Shown here piece after piece: positions 8,973 to 19,488 of a stretch of 64,000 nt of DNA. The first letter of the stretch is position 1. Each line of letters starts with the position of its first letter. Origin of the DNA: Candidatus Binataceae bacterium (lineage in GTDB: Bacteria > Desulfobacterota > Binatia > Binatales > Binataceae); contig JASHOJ010000187.1 of assembly GCA_030041155.1 (NCBI GenBank), forward strand, positions 1,446 through 65,445, given 5' to 3'. The translations under genes and the position numbers were made by a program. The notes beneath the pieces are model-generated. The model ran no database searches and was not told the DNA's origin. It saw only the letters and a list, made by a program, of their open reading frames with translations.

Positions 8973-10108
8973 CGCGCGTTCTCCATAGTGTTCGCGGCGT
9001 CCGCATAGGGTCCCGAGAACACCAAGTCACGCGTGACCAGGACGCGGAAGTGATAGCCGGGCCTGATTTGGATCGTGGGAGCGACTTGGATGTTGGCCAT
9101 GTGCCCCATCGCCTGCTGGCCGAGCTGTTGCGCTGCTCCCATTGCGGCCATCTGGCCGGGATTCATCGAGTAGGCACCCGTGCCATACGCTCCGCTGGTC
9201 ATGGTGGGATAGTCCGACATCATCATTCCTGCGGAGATTGCCGACATGAGCAGCGCCGGCGCCCACACTTTGGCGTAGTGATGGTTCACTTGATCCTGAA
9301 AGCCGGCGTAACCCGATGCGTCGCTTCCCGTCAGATCTGGAAGATTGAGTTCGCCGCCGTTGGGAAACACGATGGTGCGCCACTTGACCATCAGGCGCTC
9401 CTGCGACGGAATGAGCTGATTGGAGTAGGAGCCGATGAGCTTGCTGCCCTGGGGAATCAGAACGTATCGTTCGCTCACACTGTCCTTCACGTCTTGGGCC
9501 ACGCGGCCAAGCACGTCGCCGGGTATGTCGGAATTAATTCCGGTCTCGAGCGTGCCGTAGATGACGGTCCCCGTCGTAATGCTGTAAGGCGATGCGGGAT
9601 GCGGGTCGGCGATGATCGGAGCGCCGCTTGGATTGCCGCCTTGTCCCTCCACTGGTTCGCCTCCCGCTGAAACCAGACGGGGCGTTTCCAGCACCTGTGA
9701 CTGTCCCTTCGGTGCCACGAGTAGATCTGATGCGAGCGCCTTCTCATATTCTTCGCGACGATGTTCAGCGGCAGGGTTCGGCGCTGTAGGAGGAACATAG
9801 TTCTGCGCTGGCGGCTGGTACTGCGGGACGGGTGTGGCGACCGCCTGCATAGTCGGGGACGGGCTGGGCGACGCAGCAGAAGCTTCCGCATGCGCGACAC
9901 GGTTGGACTCATGATCGATCCAACTATCGTCGGCCTTCTGATAGCTGACGTTTTTCTTTGGCTGCGTGACCTGTCCCGCGTAGTGGATCGCGAGCACGCC
10001 GCCCAGTGTCCCGACGCCGAGCAATCCTGCGATCGCCAGCCCCCACCAGGGCTTGAGTCTGTGAACGAGTTCCTCGGGCTTGACGGTTCGTGGTTGCGTT
10101 TGATCCAT
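8969..10108 (-). CDS. trbI: TrbI/VirB10
   Basis: GTVIYGTLETGINSDIPG, IPQGSKLIG, GYAGFQDQVNHH and PTIQIRPG. Confidence 0.93.
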   Translation of the reverse strand: MDQTQPRTVKPEELVHRLKPWWGLAIAGLLGVGTLGGVLAIHYAGQVTQPKKNVSYQKADDSWIDHESNRVAHAEASAASPSPSPTMQAVATPVPQYQPPAQNYVPPTAPNPAAEHRREEYEKALASDLLVAPKGQSQVLETPRLVSAGGEPVEGQGGNPSGAPIIADPHPASPYSITTGTVIYGTLETGINSDIPGDVLGRVAQDVKDSVSERYVLIPQGSKLIGSYSNQLIPSQERLMVKWRTIVFPNGGELNLPDLTGSDASGYAGFQDQVNHHYAKVWAPALLMSAISAGMMMSDYPTMTSGAYGTGAYSMNPGQMAAMGAAQQLGQQAMGHMANIQVAPTIQIRPGYHFRVLVTRDLVFSGPYADAANTMENAR

Positions 10109-10111
10109 CGC

Positions 10112-10987
10112 TTAGGCTCCCGTCCGTGCAATCGTTATCTGCTGCTGCTCCTTGCCGGTGCCTGATACCAGCACCGCCTCTTTGAAGAGGCGGTCAACAA
10201 CGTAGTAGCGGCCTTTGACCTGGTAGTTGACCAACGCATCGGCGCCGTCCGCATTGACCATCAGCGTGGGTGCATCAGACGCCAGTAAGGTCTGCGGCAT
10301 CTCGATGTAGACGCGCTCGCCATCGTCGAAGGTCTGTACCGGCTTCCATGGAACGTTGGGGCCGGAAACGGTGTAGGCGAAGTTGAGCTTTGCTAGGGGA
10401 GTGGGCGTTGCGGCCTCGCGCGCTTTGCGCTCAAGTTCGCTCTTTCTGTTTGTTTCGGCAGCGATGACCTCCTTGGGATAGTAGAAGGCGATGCGGGGCA
10501 TATATTTCCCGCTGGACTTTAGAGTCAGATGATAGGTATGGCGGCTGGTAAGAATGATGAGGTTGGTCGTGATGCTCGCCGCCTTGGGCTTCACCAGCAC
10601 GCGCCCATCGACCGCCTGGATCATCCAACGCTCGGTATCGCCGGCGGCTGCATCGTCAGCACTCTCACCTGGCGCCAACAGAATCTCCGTGACGCGGAGC
10701 GGTTCGCATAGGACAACGAAATCAGCATCTGCTTCATACGGAAACCGCGTGGTGATGCCTTCGTGAAGCACGGGCGGCTGTCCGCTCCGCTGATAAGTTG
10801 CTATTGCGGTTCGGACATCAGCAGGCTGCTTATCGAGCACGCTTTCGGGCGGGAGCGGCGCTGGTTCGGATTCCAGCAACTTGGCTGGTACTAATTCGAT
10901 CGGCTGGGCAGGTTGCCGTGCCGAGCATCCTGACAGAATTGCTGTGGTTATGATTGCTGCGCTTATAAAGGCCGATTTACATTTCAT
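10112..10987 (-). CDS. trbG: TrbG/VirB9 with lipoprotein signal
   Basis: LSGC lipobox, AAGDTERW, TTNLIILT, FDDGERVYI and LVNYQVKGRYYVVDRLF; start refined to 10987 (ATGA overlap). Confidence 0.9.
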   Translation of the reverse strand: MKCKSAFISAAIITTAILSGCSARQPAQPIELVPAKLLESEPAPLPPESVLDKQPADVRTAIATYQRSGQPPVLHEGITTRFPYEADADFVVLCEPLRVTEILLAPGESADDAAAGDTERWMIQAVDGRVLVKPKAASITTNLIILTSRHTYHLTLKSSGKYMPRIAFYYPKEVIAAETNRKSELERKAREAATPTPLAKLNFAYTVSGPNVPWKPVQTFDDGERVYIEMPQTLLASDAPTLMVNADGADALVNYQVKGRYYVVDRLFKEAVLVSGTGKEQQQITIARTGA

Positions 10988-11649
10988 GAGCCTTGCTCCT
11001 CGCTCCAGTCGATCTGAGTCACATAAAGGCCGATCGGATTGCTGAGCATGTGATCGGGGTCGGGCGCCGCAAGCTGCACCGCGAGCAAGGCGCGCCAACG
11101 GGCGGTCGACAGCACGTCGCCATTCAGGCTCCGTGTGGTTTCTGTCCAGCGAACCTCGTAGGTGCCGCTAGGCGCACGCAATACCGAATCGACCTCGGCC
11201 TGAATCGTCTCCTTGCTCGCAAGTTCGAATGGCGGGTGGTTGCGATACCAGACCGGCAGTACCGTAGCTGCCTCGCCGCGCGCCATGTCATAAACACGAT
11301 GAAGGGCCGCTTTTTCTTCTGCGCCGTCGCCAAGCACGCTGCGGGCATCGGTGATGAACCGTGCGAGCTCGAACCTGATCACCGCTTCGTTTTCCGATTG
11401 ATCGGCGGCCAATGGCTGTAGGAGGCCGCTGACCTCGCCCGCCTTATCCAGCTCGATGACGTAGGGAACGACGCGCGGTTTGCGGGCGAGATACAGTCCC
11501 AGCGTGGTTGAGAAAAGTAACGCGAGCGCCATTGCGATCATGCTGTGGCGTAGTATCTGGTTGCCGCGTTCGAGACGTTCGTACTCCGACCGGAGTGCAG
11601 CCGACGCAGCGAGATATGGACTGTCTGATTTGGCGTTGAAGGTCGTCAT
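10984..11649 (-). CDS. trbF: TrbF/VirB8
   Basis: SPYLAA, one TM segment, VVPYVIELD, YEVRWTE and NPIGLYV. Confidence 0.9.
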   Translation of the reverse strand: MTTFNAKSDSPYLAASAALRSEYERLERGNQILRHSMIAMALALLFSTTLGLYLARKPRVVPYVIELDKAGEVSGLLQPLAADQSENEAVIRFELARFITDARSVLGDGAEEKAALHRVYDMARGEAATVLPVWYRNHPPFELASKETIQAEVDSVLRAPSGTYEVRWTETTRSLNGDVLSTARWRALLAVQLAAPDPDHMLSNPIGLYVTQIDWSEEQGS

Positions 11650-11670
11650 ACGAGGGCTCCATGGCAGCGC

Positions 11671-12876
11671 TTACAGCTTGCTTGTTCCTTTGCCGTTGCC
11701 ATTGATGCGGCTCGTGGCTGGCGCCTTGCTACCAAGAGCCGACGTACCCGTTTGGCTGAGAGCTCCGGTTTTCGGCCAATCGTTGTTGAATCCTTGCGTT
11801 TGTGATGTCGATCCAAGAGGTGTGGTGCGTTTGCTCAAGTCCTCAGTGGTGGGAGCCGGAGGCGGTTTCAGCTGATCCTCCCGCTGCTTGTCCCACAAGC
11901 GCATCGCACGGGTCGCGCCTTCGTCGGCAAGATTGATGACACCGTTGAAGGCCTGGCCGCCCAATTTGCCGGCGACCTCAAGCGCCTTGGGTATGGCCTT
12001 GGCGCCGTCGCGGATCGCGCTGGCCAACGTGGTGCCAAGAATGATGTCACCCAACGTGGAGCTTACGGTGTGATCGACGATCTGTGCTGCTTTGGTGGGA
12101 ATCCGCGCGGTGATAACCGCGAGAAGGAAGGCCTCAACCGCCGCTTCGATGCCGTAGTACCAGTTGGTCATCAGCTCTGTGACGTGCCTCCCGCTGTCCA
12201 CTGTCCAGTTTCTGGCGAGCTGCGTGCCGACGCCTACCATCAGGTAAAGGAAGAACAGCCTGACGGCGATTCCGAGTGCCCAGCCGAAGTAGCCTTCGCC
12301 AAAGCGCCAAGTGAACCGGGTACCGGAAGTTGCTACCAGCGCGGTTCCCGCTACGCAGGCGACATAACCTTCGACGAGAGTTTCCAGCAGGATGCAGGCG
12401 ATGATCGCGAAGCACACGAGGATGATGAGAGCGGAGAGAAGTAGGAGGAGCGCATTGAGGGTGGCGCTAGGATGAAATACGGTCCATCCCGACGCGATCG
12501 CCTGCAGAAGGATCAGCGATAACTGAAAGCCCTGCGTCATGACGCCGCCGGGGGTCATCGCGCTAGCCGGCACGTGACCCGCAACTGACGCCCAACCGGT
12601 AAAGCTTAAGATCACGCCGTTCTGCAAAAAGTCGGGGCCGTACTTAAAGAGCGTGAACATCGCCATGACGCCCGCGATAGTTCGCACCAGATCGATCGCA
12701 AGCTGATCGAAGTCGCGTCGAAGCGTGCCGGTGATTCCAACGAGAATGAGTTCGATAGCCGCGAGCATGTAGAAGAGATTGGTTCCGATGCTGTACAGAC
12801 CTCCCAGCCATGTCGCGGTGACCGTCTGGAATTGGGTGAGTACGTCTTGAAAGACGCCGAATTGGGTTGGAGGCAT
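11671..12876 (-). CDS. trbL: TrbL/VirB6 polytopic membrane protein
   Basis: Multiple TM helices, TPGGVMTQG and low-complexity C-terminus; position between trbJ and trbF. Confidence 0.85.
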   Translation of the reverse strand: MPPTQFGVFQDVLTQFQTVTATWLGGLYSIGTNLFYMLAAIELILVGITGTLRRDFDQLAIDLVRTIAGVMAMFTLFKYGPDFLQNGVILSFTGWASVAGHVPASAMTPGGVMTQGFQLSLILLQAIASGWTVFHPSATLNALLLLLSALIILVCFAIIACILLETLVEGYVACVAGTALVATSGTRFTWRFGEGYFGWALGIAVRLFFLYLMVGVGTQLARNWTVDSGRHVTELMTNWYYGIEAAVEAFLLAVITARIPTKAAQIVDHTVSSTLGDIILGTTLASAIRDGAKAIPKALEVAGKLGGQAFNGVINLADEGATRAMRLWDKQREDQLKPPPAPTTEDLSKRTTPLGSTSQTQGFNNDWPKTGALSQTGTSALGSKAPATSRINGNGKGTSKL

Positions 12877-12877
12877 T

Positions 12878-13384
12878 TTACTGTCCCTCACTGCTGAAAT
12901 TCGGATCTGGAATCCCCTTCGGGATCACTGCTCCTGATGGGCACTGCCAGGTGGATGACCCCGGTTTGAGATAACTCGGGTAGTTTGTGGTGCATCCAGC
13001 AGCGTCCATTTCACGGAAAGGCAGCCACTCTTTGCGGACAAAGTCGTACTGGTAGCCACGGTGAAACATTTCATCGTTCTTGGCCGCGGCTCGGTTCCCT
13101 TCCTCAGCTTTTTTGCGCTGATCCGCCCGCATGATGTCGTTGACGGATAGGCAGTTCGGATAGTTGGCAAGTACGGTTTGCCCGCACAGCCGCTTCGCTT
13201 CTCGCCACGCGGAGGTATTCGCGTCGTGTTCGCGTTGCCAGAAGGTCCGGTCAAACTGAGTTGTAGGAATGGTACTGCCCAACGCTGTAATGGCCTCTTG
13301 ACTTTTCGCCGGCGACTCACCAGGCCGGGGTTTGCACGCAGCAAGCACGGTCACCGCAAGCGCGATTGCGAGACTCTTTTTCAA
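12878..13384 (-). CDS. Cys-rich lipoprotein in the entry-exclusion (TrbK) position
   Basis: MKKSLAIALAVTVLAAC lipobox; lies between trbJ and trbL. Confidence 0.6.
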   Translation of the reverse strand: MKKSLAIALAVTVLAACKPRPGESPAKSQEAITALGSTIPTTQFDRTFWQREHDANTSAWREAKRLCGQTVLANYPNCLSVNDIMRADQRKKAEEGNRAAAKNDEMFHRGYQYDFVRKEWLPFREMDAAGCTTNYPSYLKPGSSTWQCPSGAVIPKGIPDPNFSSEGQ

Positions 13385-14088
13385 GGCTCGACTCCTCCTG
13401 CGTTCAGGAATTGGCTCGCTTGCACGACGCCTTGGGTGTCCGTGCTGAGGCGCGCGCCCCGATCCACCGCTTCCGCGTTGATGAGTGTGATCAACAGCTG
13501 GCGGATGAGCTGAAGCTGCTGTGCCTGGGCGAGGAGGATTTCATTGGTCACCTGCGCCGCCTGAAGCCGCCCGCTCACTGACGCGTTTCTGGATTCCAGC
13601 GCCGTAAGCTGCTGATCCTCATACTGGAAGTGCGCCGCCTGCTGTTGCGCCACGGCCAGTGCGCCGCCCAGTGTGCCGAGGGTTAGCGCGGCGAGCTGCT
13701 GCATATGTTGAGCGGCATTGACCGGCGGCGAAACGGCACCGGGAAAGTCTGCCTTGAACTGCTGCGCCGCATTGGGTGATGCGTAGCAGAGTCCTCCGGA
13801 CTGGCTCATCGTGCTCCCAAGGCCATTCAGGAGTCCTAGTTGCGATTGCCAAAGGCCCGAGTCGCCGGTCGTAGTGTTCTGCGCGGCGAGGTCGGCAATG
13901 CGTGTCTCCTGGCTAAGCTGCTCCGCTTGCCGGCCATACATCTGAGGATCGCTGACGATAACCGGACAACCGCAGGTGCCGCCGAACTGCGCGTGTGATT
14001 GCGGGACTTCGACAACCAAGGCGGCGGCAATAAAAACTAAGCTGGCGATTCGGCGCCGCCTTGCGCGCCGGATAAAGAAAACCTTCAT
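13381..14088 (-). CDS. trbJ: TrbJ/VirB5-like protein
   Basis: Signal peptide, Gln-rich helices and SVSGRLQAAQVTNEILLAQAQQLQLIRQLL; start refined to 14088. Confidence 0.8.
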   Translation of the reverse strand: MKVFFIRRARRRRIASLVFIAAALVVEVPQSHAQFGGTCGCPVIVSDPQMYGRQAEQLSQETRIADLAAQNTTTGDSGLWQSQLGLLNGLGSTMSQSGGLCYASPNAAQQFKADFPGAVSPPVNAAQHMQQLAALTLGTLGGALAVAQQQAAHFQYEDQQLTALESRNASVSGRLQAAQVTNEILLAQAQQLQLIRQLLITLINAEAVDRGARLSTDTQGVVQASQFLNAGGVEP

Positions 14089-16547
14089 GACTCCTGCTCC
14101 TGCCGTGCGACTCCATCGAGGAAGGATGGAATGGAATTCGTAGCCAAGGGTTTGGAAATCACGTGCGCTCCAAAGTCGGTCAATCCACGATCGGCGAGCC
14201 AAGCCTCTACGAAGTCGTCGGCCCCATGGGCGAGTAGCTCGCGAGCTCGCTGCACATCGCGATGACTGGTCGATCCGCACAGCGCCAGAGCGATTGGGCC
14301 TAGGTCCAGATTGAAAAGCCGGCTTCCGAGCGGCGAGGTGTAGTAGTACTGCGAGCGCGGGGTAGCACGCGCGATGATCTCGATCTGGCGCCGGGTCAGC
14401 CCAAGCTTGAGGTACGAATCTCTGACGTGTTCGCCGCGCGCCTCTGGATTAGGCAGGAAAATCTTCGCCGGACAGCTTTCCAAGAGGAGATTGCAGTTTG
14501 GAGATGATGCGATCTCGGTGAGGCTCTGGGTCGCCATCACGATGCCGGCGTTGCGCTTGCGGAGCGTCCGGAGCGCTCCATAGAACCAGTCGGCGGACAC
14601 CGGGTCGTTAAGCAGCCGCCAGGCCTCGTCAATGAAGATCAGCATCGGTTCGCCGGTGCATTCCCGCTCAATTTCATGCAACAACCATTCGAGCGCGGGT
14701 GCCGCGGCGCGTTCACCCAGTGCCATCAATCCGCGAGTCTCGTAGACGCGGAGGGTGCACTCGCCCAAATTGCCTGGTTCGCCGTCGAAGACTTGGCCCC
14801 AGGGGCCTAGCTCGGTGTACTGGGTGAGAATCCGACGGAGCGCATGAATCTGAACCATGCCTGCCAGATGCCGCATGCGGCGAAGTCTCTGGCTCGCACA
14901 AAGCTCGATTGAGCGCGCAAGCTCTTCCTGGTCCTCAGCACTCAGCGCGGTTTGCCAACGCGCGAACAGACGATCCGAAAATGCCAACAGAAATTGATCT
15001 TCCTCGTCGGATGAACCTGCTCGCTCCAGCGGACAGAGCGCCGGCGTGCCCTCGTTGCCAAGGTCGCGGTAATCCGCCCCAAGCGCGTGTACAGCGGCGA
15101 ACGACGAGTAATCGAAGTCGATCCAGCGGACGCGCGCAGCCTTGAGCGCAGTCCACGCCATCGCGAGCAGTGCCAACAGAACGGACTTTCCGGCTCCAGT
15201 CGGACCGATAACCAACATGTGAAGCAATCCGCCGCCGGAGTGTGGCGGGAGCCAGAAGGGAGCGTGCCCAGCCGAGCAACAGACCAATGGCGCCGGCGTG
15301 TCTGGTGGAAAATGCGGTGAATCGATGGTCGGCGTTCCCGGCCACGGCTCGCTCACCAGCGCGAGATGAGCGAAGTTGATCCCACTTATGAGAGGACGCG
15401 ATACGTCCGACCAACCGTTGCCGGGTTGTGGGCCTTTAAAGGCTTCAACCGCGTTAACATCTTCGACACGCGCGCCGATGCCTGCGTTCTGCAGACGCCT
15501 GACCAGTTCCCGAGCTTGCAGGTCGGCCCGGCGCGCGTCCTCGTCGAAAATCAACGCCCACATGCTGAGAAAGCCGAAGGGAGTTCCGCTTGCGGCGTGG
15601 GCGATCACTTCCTCGGCATCGGCCACCATTTCGTCGGCGTAGCGGTTGGCGCGAGTTCGCGGCACATTCATTGCGGCAAGGATGATCTGCATCAGCCCTT
15701 GGCGCCGCCGCGCCCATTGACCGCGCACTTGGTTGCCGTGGCGTTGACTTGTAACCGCATCAAGCGGAATCCAGCGCAGCGTGAAGCGCATGCGCCCGCG
15801 CTCATTCAGAACGAACCACAAGAGTTGCGGGATGGTCTCGGCCGGATAGCTGTTGATCGCGACCGGCCGAATATGAAGCTGGCCAACTCGGGGATACAGG
15901 CCGCCAAAGAAAGTCTGATCCGCCAGCACTTCATCCAGATGGACCGCAACGGACGGCAGAACGATCGGATGCTCCAGTCCGGTTAGGCACAGGTGCAGAT
16001 CGTGAAACATCTCGGCCGAAGTGAGTCGGCGCACTCGCGCGACTCCTGACAGGGCGTCGCCGAAGGCACGGGCGCGTTCACGAAACCGCTCGATCTCGTA
16101 CTGCCAACTTGATGAACTTTCGGCGCCACGGCCGGCGAAAAAGGCCGATGAGGCTCGCGCTTTGGCCTCCGCCGGAAAATAATGACTCAAGTAAATGCGG
16201 CTGCAAGTAACCCAGTAGCGTTCATTGCCGAACGCAGCCCGCCGCTCCGCGTCGACCAAAGCTGCGGCTCTCGTGGGAAACTCCCGTTCAGGATAGTTCG
16301 GCGCAGGTAGTCGATGATGGACGACGTGGAGCATGTCCATGTCGCCCAACAGGGCGAGCGCGTGTTCGAAGCGCTCGCAGATGGTTTCCACCTCCTCCGC
16401 CGACAGTGACTCGAAATCATCGTGTCGAATTTCCCATGCGACCATCAGGCCGCCGGGCTTGAGGAACGCCTCGCCTTCCGCCAGGAACGCGCTTGCCTGA
16501 ACGATATCCGCCAGCGAATGATCGATGCTCGACTTCCAGAGACTCAT
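14085..16547 (-). CDS. trbE: TrbE/VirB4 ATPase
   Basis: HMLVIGPTGAGKS, IDEAW, LRKRNAGIVMATQS and KIFLPNPEA; start refined to 16547. Confidence 0.93.
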   Translation of the reverse strand: MSLWKSSIDHSLADIVQASAFLAEGEAFLKPGGLMVAWEIRHDDFESLSAEEVETICERFEHALALLGDMDMLHVVHHRLPAPNYPEREFPTRAAALVDAERRAAFGNERYWVTCSRIYLSHYFPAEAKARASSAFFAGRGAESSSSWQYEIERFRERARAFGDALSGVARVRRLTSAEMFHDLHLCLTGLEHPIVLPSVAVHLDEVLADQTFFGGLYPRVGQLHIRPVAINSYPAETIPQLLWFVLNERGRMRFTLRWIPLDAVTSQRHGNQVRGQWARRRQGLMQIILAAMNVPRTRANRYADEMVADAEEVIAHAASGTPFGFLSMWALIFDEDARRADLQARELVRRLQNAGIGARVEDVNAVEAFKGPQPGNGWSDVSRPLISGINFAHLALVSEPWPGTPTIDSPHFPPDTPAPLVCCSAGHAPFWLPPHSGGGLLHMLVIGPTGAGKSVLLALLAMAWTALKAARVRWIDFDYSSFAAVHALGADYRDLGNEGTPALCPLERAGSSDEEDQFLLAFSDRLFARWQTALSAEDQEELARSIELCASQRLRRMRHLAGMVQIHALRRILTQYTELGPWGQVFDGEPGNLGECTLRVYETRGLMALGERAAAPALEWLLHEIERECTGEPMLIFIDEAWRLLNDPVSADWFYGALRTLRKRNAGIVMATQSLTEIASSPNCNLLLESCPAKIFLPNPEARGEHVRDSYLKLGLTRRQIEIIARATPRSQYYYTSPLGSRLFNLDLGPIALALCGSTSHRDVQRARELLAHGADDFVEAWLADRGLTDFGAHVISKPLATNSIPSFLDGVARQEQES

Positions 16548-16864
16548 GGCATCCACCTCGGGAGCGGAGGGACGGTAGGCTTTGGCTTCTCCGGAGAGCC
16601 CCACGCTCGTCCGTGCGCCAGCCGGATTGCCGGCTCGCGCAGATGACGGAGATAAATGACCGGCCATTCCGGATGACGCTTGGCCGCCGCTCGAAGCGCC
16701 CACTGGACGCTCAGCGCGATGCCGATGGCGAGCACGAGGGTCCACCAGCGAAGCCCGGTCGACAGAATCGCCAGCGCCAGCACCACGTTGATCACCGTGA
16801 GCCGCGGATGACCGCCGCCAAGCAGCGGCGCACGCACCATCGACTGATGAACCGCGGCGCGCAT
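16544..16864 (-). CDS. trbD: TrbD/VirB3
   Basis: VHQSMVRAPLLGGG, two TM segments and AAKRHP..VIYLRH. Confidence 0.85.
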   Translation of the reverse strand: MRAAVHQSMVRAPLLGGGHPRLTVINVVLALAILSTGLRWWTLVLAIGIALSVQWALRAAAKRHPEWPVIYLRHLREPAIRLAHGRAWGSPEKPKPTVPPLPRWMP

Positions 16865-17166
16865 CAGTTAATCACCGCCGCGAGTCCCAGATAGGTCATG
16901 ATGTTGAGCGCCGCACCGGCGAGCGCGCCGCCCGCAATGACCCCAACCAGCGCCTTGGCCGCCGGGCCGAACTCCTGCCAGAACGTCCAACCTATTCCGG
17001 CGACGATGATCCCGGCCGCGAGCATCGCGTGAGCCAGTCCGCCCTGCATGCCGTTGATCAGAGTGGTCAGGGGTCCATCCCACGGCAGGCCCGTCGGCGT
17101 ATATGCGAGAGCCGAAGTGGCGTACACCAATAGGAATGTCGTGGTAAGAACGATTGACTTGCGCAT
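16864..17166 (-). CDS. trbC: TrbC/VirB2 pilin
   Basis: Signal peptide, GLPWDGPL and two hydrophobic helices. Confidence 0.88.
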   Translation of the reverse strand: MRKSIVLTTTFLLVYATSALAYTPTGLPWDGPLTTLINGMQGGLAHAMLAAGIIVAGIGWTFWQEFGPAAKALVGVIAGGALAGAALNIMTYLGLAAVIN

Positions 17167-17402
17167 CACCAACCTCCTGAAAAAGCGGGCGACAAAAGCA
17201 GCGCCGCTTGGATTCCGAACGTCAGAAGCAACAGGACAGTTACGAACATCGCTAAGGGGTAAGGCGCGTCGCTCAGGGCGAAGATGAACCACGCGATTAG
17301 AACCGCCGCTGTGAGCGCCGGCAGCTGGGCAGCATGGAGGGCTGCCAAAAAAATCAGGACCTGATTACCAAGAGCCGCTTCAGTCATTGGTCTCGTCTCC
17401 AT
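17166..17402 (-). CDS. Small hydrophobic hypothetical protein
   Basis: Hydrophobic ORF abutting trbC within the trb operon. Confidence 0.45.
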   Translation of the reverse strand: METRPMTEAALGNQVLIFLAALHAAQLPALTAAVLIAWFIFALSDAPYPLAMFVTVLLLLTFGIQAALLLSPAFSGGW

Positions 17403-17659
17403 AGACCTGAGTAGTTTTGAGCTGTCCCTTCTCCGCTGATGGAGTTAGCGAGGACGCAGCCCAGGCAGAACAGACCGGCGATTACGTAAGCTCCAACTGG
17501 TCCGACGAAGAACGCATGAACGCTCGGGTACTGCAGGAAGGGAACCGGATCGTAGACGCACATAAACTCACCATGGGCGTAAGCGTCGGCCTGCCTCGCG
17601 AGGAGCTTGGCCCATCGCTCAGGCGTGTCGAAGGTTGCGACCCAGCGAAGCACGAGCAT
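17384..17659 (-). CDS. Small membrane hypothetical protein
   Basis: ORF between trbB and trbC with a TM segment; start uncertain. Confidence 0.4.
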   Translation of the reverse strand: MLVLRWVATFDTPERWAKLLARQADAYAHGEFMCVYDPVPFLQYPSVHAFFVGPVGAYVIAGLFCLGCVLANSISGEGTAQNYSGLWRRDQ

Positions 17660-17719
17660 GTCGAGCGAGACGGCAGCGAGCAGAAACGCCGGCGTTCTTC
17701 AATATCCTGGTACAACGCA

Positions 17720-18673
17720 TCAGTCCGCTCTCTCCTTGATCTCTTTCAGCCGATACCCGCCGTTCGGGGCGCAGCCTTCCACCCGCACCATCTCCTCGAT
17801 CCTTCGTGCGCCATCCGGACGGCGAGAAATGAAAATCAGTAAATCGACGCTCTCGGCGATAAGCCGACGACTCGGCGGAACGCCCGCCTCCTCGACCAAG
17901 CTCTCCAGTCTGAGCAACGCGGCAGGCGCACTGTTGGCGTGAATCGTGGTGAAACCGCCGGAATGGCCGGTATTAAACGCCTTCAAGAGGTCCAGCGCTT
18001 CTGCTCCACGAACCTCGCCGACGATGATGCGATCCGGGCGCATGCGCAGCATCTCGCGGACGTGACGGCGCATATCGGCCCGACCGCGTGCAAGCCGGCG
18101 GATCGCATTGTTCGCACTGATCTGAAGTTCCGGTTCGTCCTCGATGATGCCGAGCCTTTCATCGGGCGACGTTTTCAGCAGCTGCGCAACCATTGCGTTA
18201 AGCAGCGTGGTCTTCCCGGCACCGGTGGCGCCAATGGCCACAATGTTGAAACGTCGTCGAATCGCGTTGTCGATAACGTGGAGTTGCCAGGGGGCGGCGA
18301 TGAAGTCACCAAGTGGTCTCACCGCCCGCCAATGCAGGCGAATCGAAAAGGTCGGTCCATCAGATACCGGAGGCAGCGCTGCCGAAAAACGCGCGCCATT
18401 GGGCAGGATCATGTTGATGAACGGGGCATCGCGCTCGATGGTTTTGCCGACACTCGCCGCGAGCAGGCGGATACCCGCCTCGACTTGCGCGGCTGGCAGC
18501 GCAACGCCCAGTGCCCGCATGTCGCCCGCACCTAGGTCCGCAAACAGCGGACAGCTCCGCTCAGCCCTGTCGTAGTTGGCCGAGACCTCCTGGGGCTTGC
18601 CCTGGAGCAACCTCTCGATTTCCAGCAGTTCCGCAGCTTGCCGCCACAGGAACTTATCGTGGCTCTGCATCAT
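17720..18673 (-). CDS. trbB: TrbB/VirB11 ATPase
   Basis: [31 protein letters not shown] and [15 protein letters not shown]. Confidence 0.95.
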   Translation of the reverse strand: MMQSHDKFLWRQAAELLEIERLLQGKPQEVSANYDRAERSCPLFADLGAGDMRALGVALPAAQVEAGIRLLAASVGKTIERDAPFINMILPNGARFSAALPPVSDGPTFSIRLHWRAVRPLGDFIAAPWQLHVIDNAIRRRFNIVAIGATGAGKTTLLNAMVAQLLKTSPDERLGIIEDEPELQISANNAIRRLARGRADMRRHVREMLRMRPDRIIVGEVRGAEALDLLKAFNTGHSGGFTTIHANSAPAALLRLESLVEEAGVPPSRRLIAESVDLLIFISRRPDGARRIEEMVRVEGCAPNGGYRLKEIKERAD

Positions 18674-18822
18674 GACCGGCTTGCCTCATGCTTCGTCGCC
18701 GACCCTCTTACAGCATCCAGAATCCCCGATGAAATAACTCTGAGACTCTGAACTTTTGTAAGTGTGAAATCGTTGTATCGAAAAAAAGAGGCACCTGTCA
18801 AGCGCCTCGACGTCCAAATATT

Positions 18823-19488
18823 TTAGGACAATAGGTATTCGAGCTGGCGCAGGCGCACCCGCGCCGCTTCCGTTGATACCTTAAACAGCTCGCTGGTCCG
18901 CTGGATCAGCAGCTGTTCTTCGATCGAGTGCTCATCAAGCCGGCCTTCCACGCTGCGCTCGGCGCGAAACGCCCCGACGTGCAATTGCATACGGCTCGTG
19001 GGCATCAACATGGCGCCGGAAACGTAGCAGGCGAGCCACTCCATCCAGTCAATGTCGCTGCTTGCGGGTTTGATGTGGGCTCGCAAACACTTGTGCCGTT
19101 CGGTGCGCCTGCAGTAGCGGTCGAATAACCAGGTCTGCCAATGCACGTGCCCATATTCGTGCGTCAACGTGTTGCGTTTGCGGTGCTCGCGCCAGTGCTG
19201 GTACGACAGCTCCCGCGCGATGCTCACGTGGGGTTTGTGACCGGGGAAGAACTCGGTGAGGCCGTGCACCTCCTCACCCTCCCCGCTGAGGTCACAGTAC
19301 AGGTTGAGTTTGGCAGTCTCGCGGTCCAGCAGCTCTACGAGCGCGTCGGTGGGGACGGGAATCGAGTATTGCCCGTACCGGCCCATGAGGAATGACTCCA
19401 TGATGCGCTCGCACTCCTCTTCCAGCTCTTCGATTTCGTAGTATGGCCGTTCGGGAAAGCGGCCGGTCCGGTCCGGAATCATCTTCAT
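18823..19488 (-). CDS. ImmA/IrrE-family metallopeptidase
   Basis: RNTLTHEYGH (HExxH), MEW.A...SGAMLMP and FKVSTEAARVRL. Confidence 0.88.
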   Translation of the reverse strand: MKMIPDRTGRFPERPYYEIEELEEECERIMESFLMGRYGQYSIPVPTDALVELLDRETAKLNLYCDLSGEGEEVHGLTEFFPGHKPHVSIARELSYQHWREHRKRNTLTHEYGHVHWQTWLFDRYCRRTERHKCLRAHIKPASSDIDWMEWLACYVSGAMLMPTSRMQLHVGAFRAERSVEGRLDEHSIEEQLLIQRTSELFKVSTEAARVRLRQLEYLLS

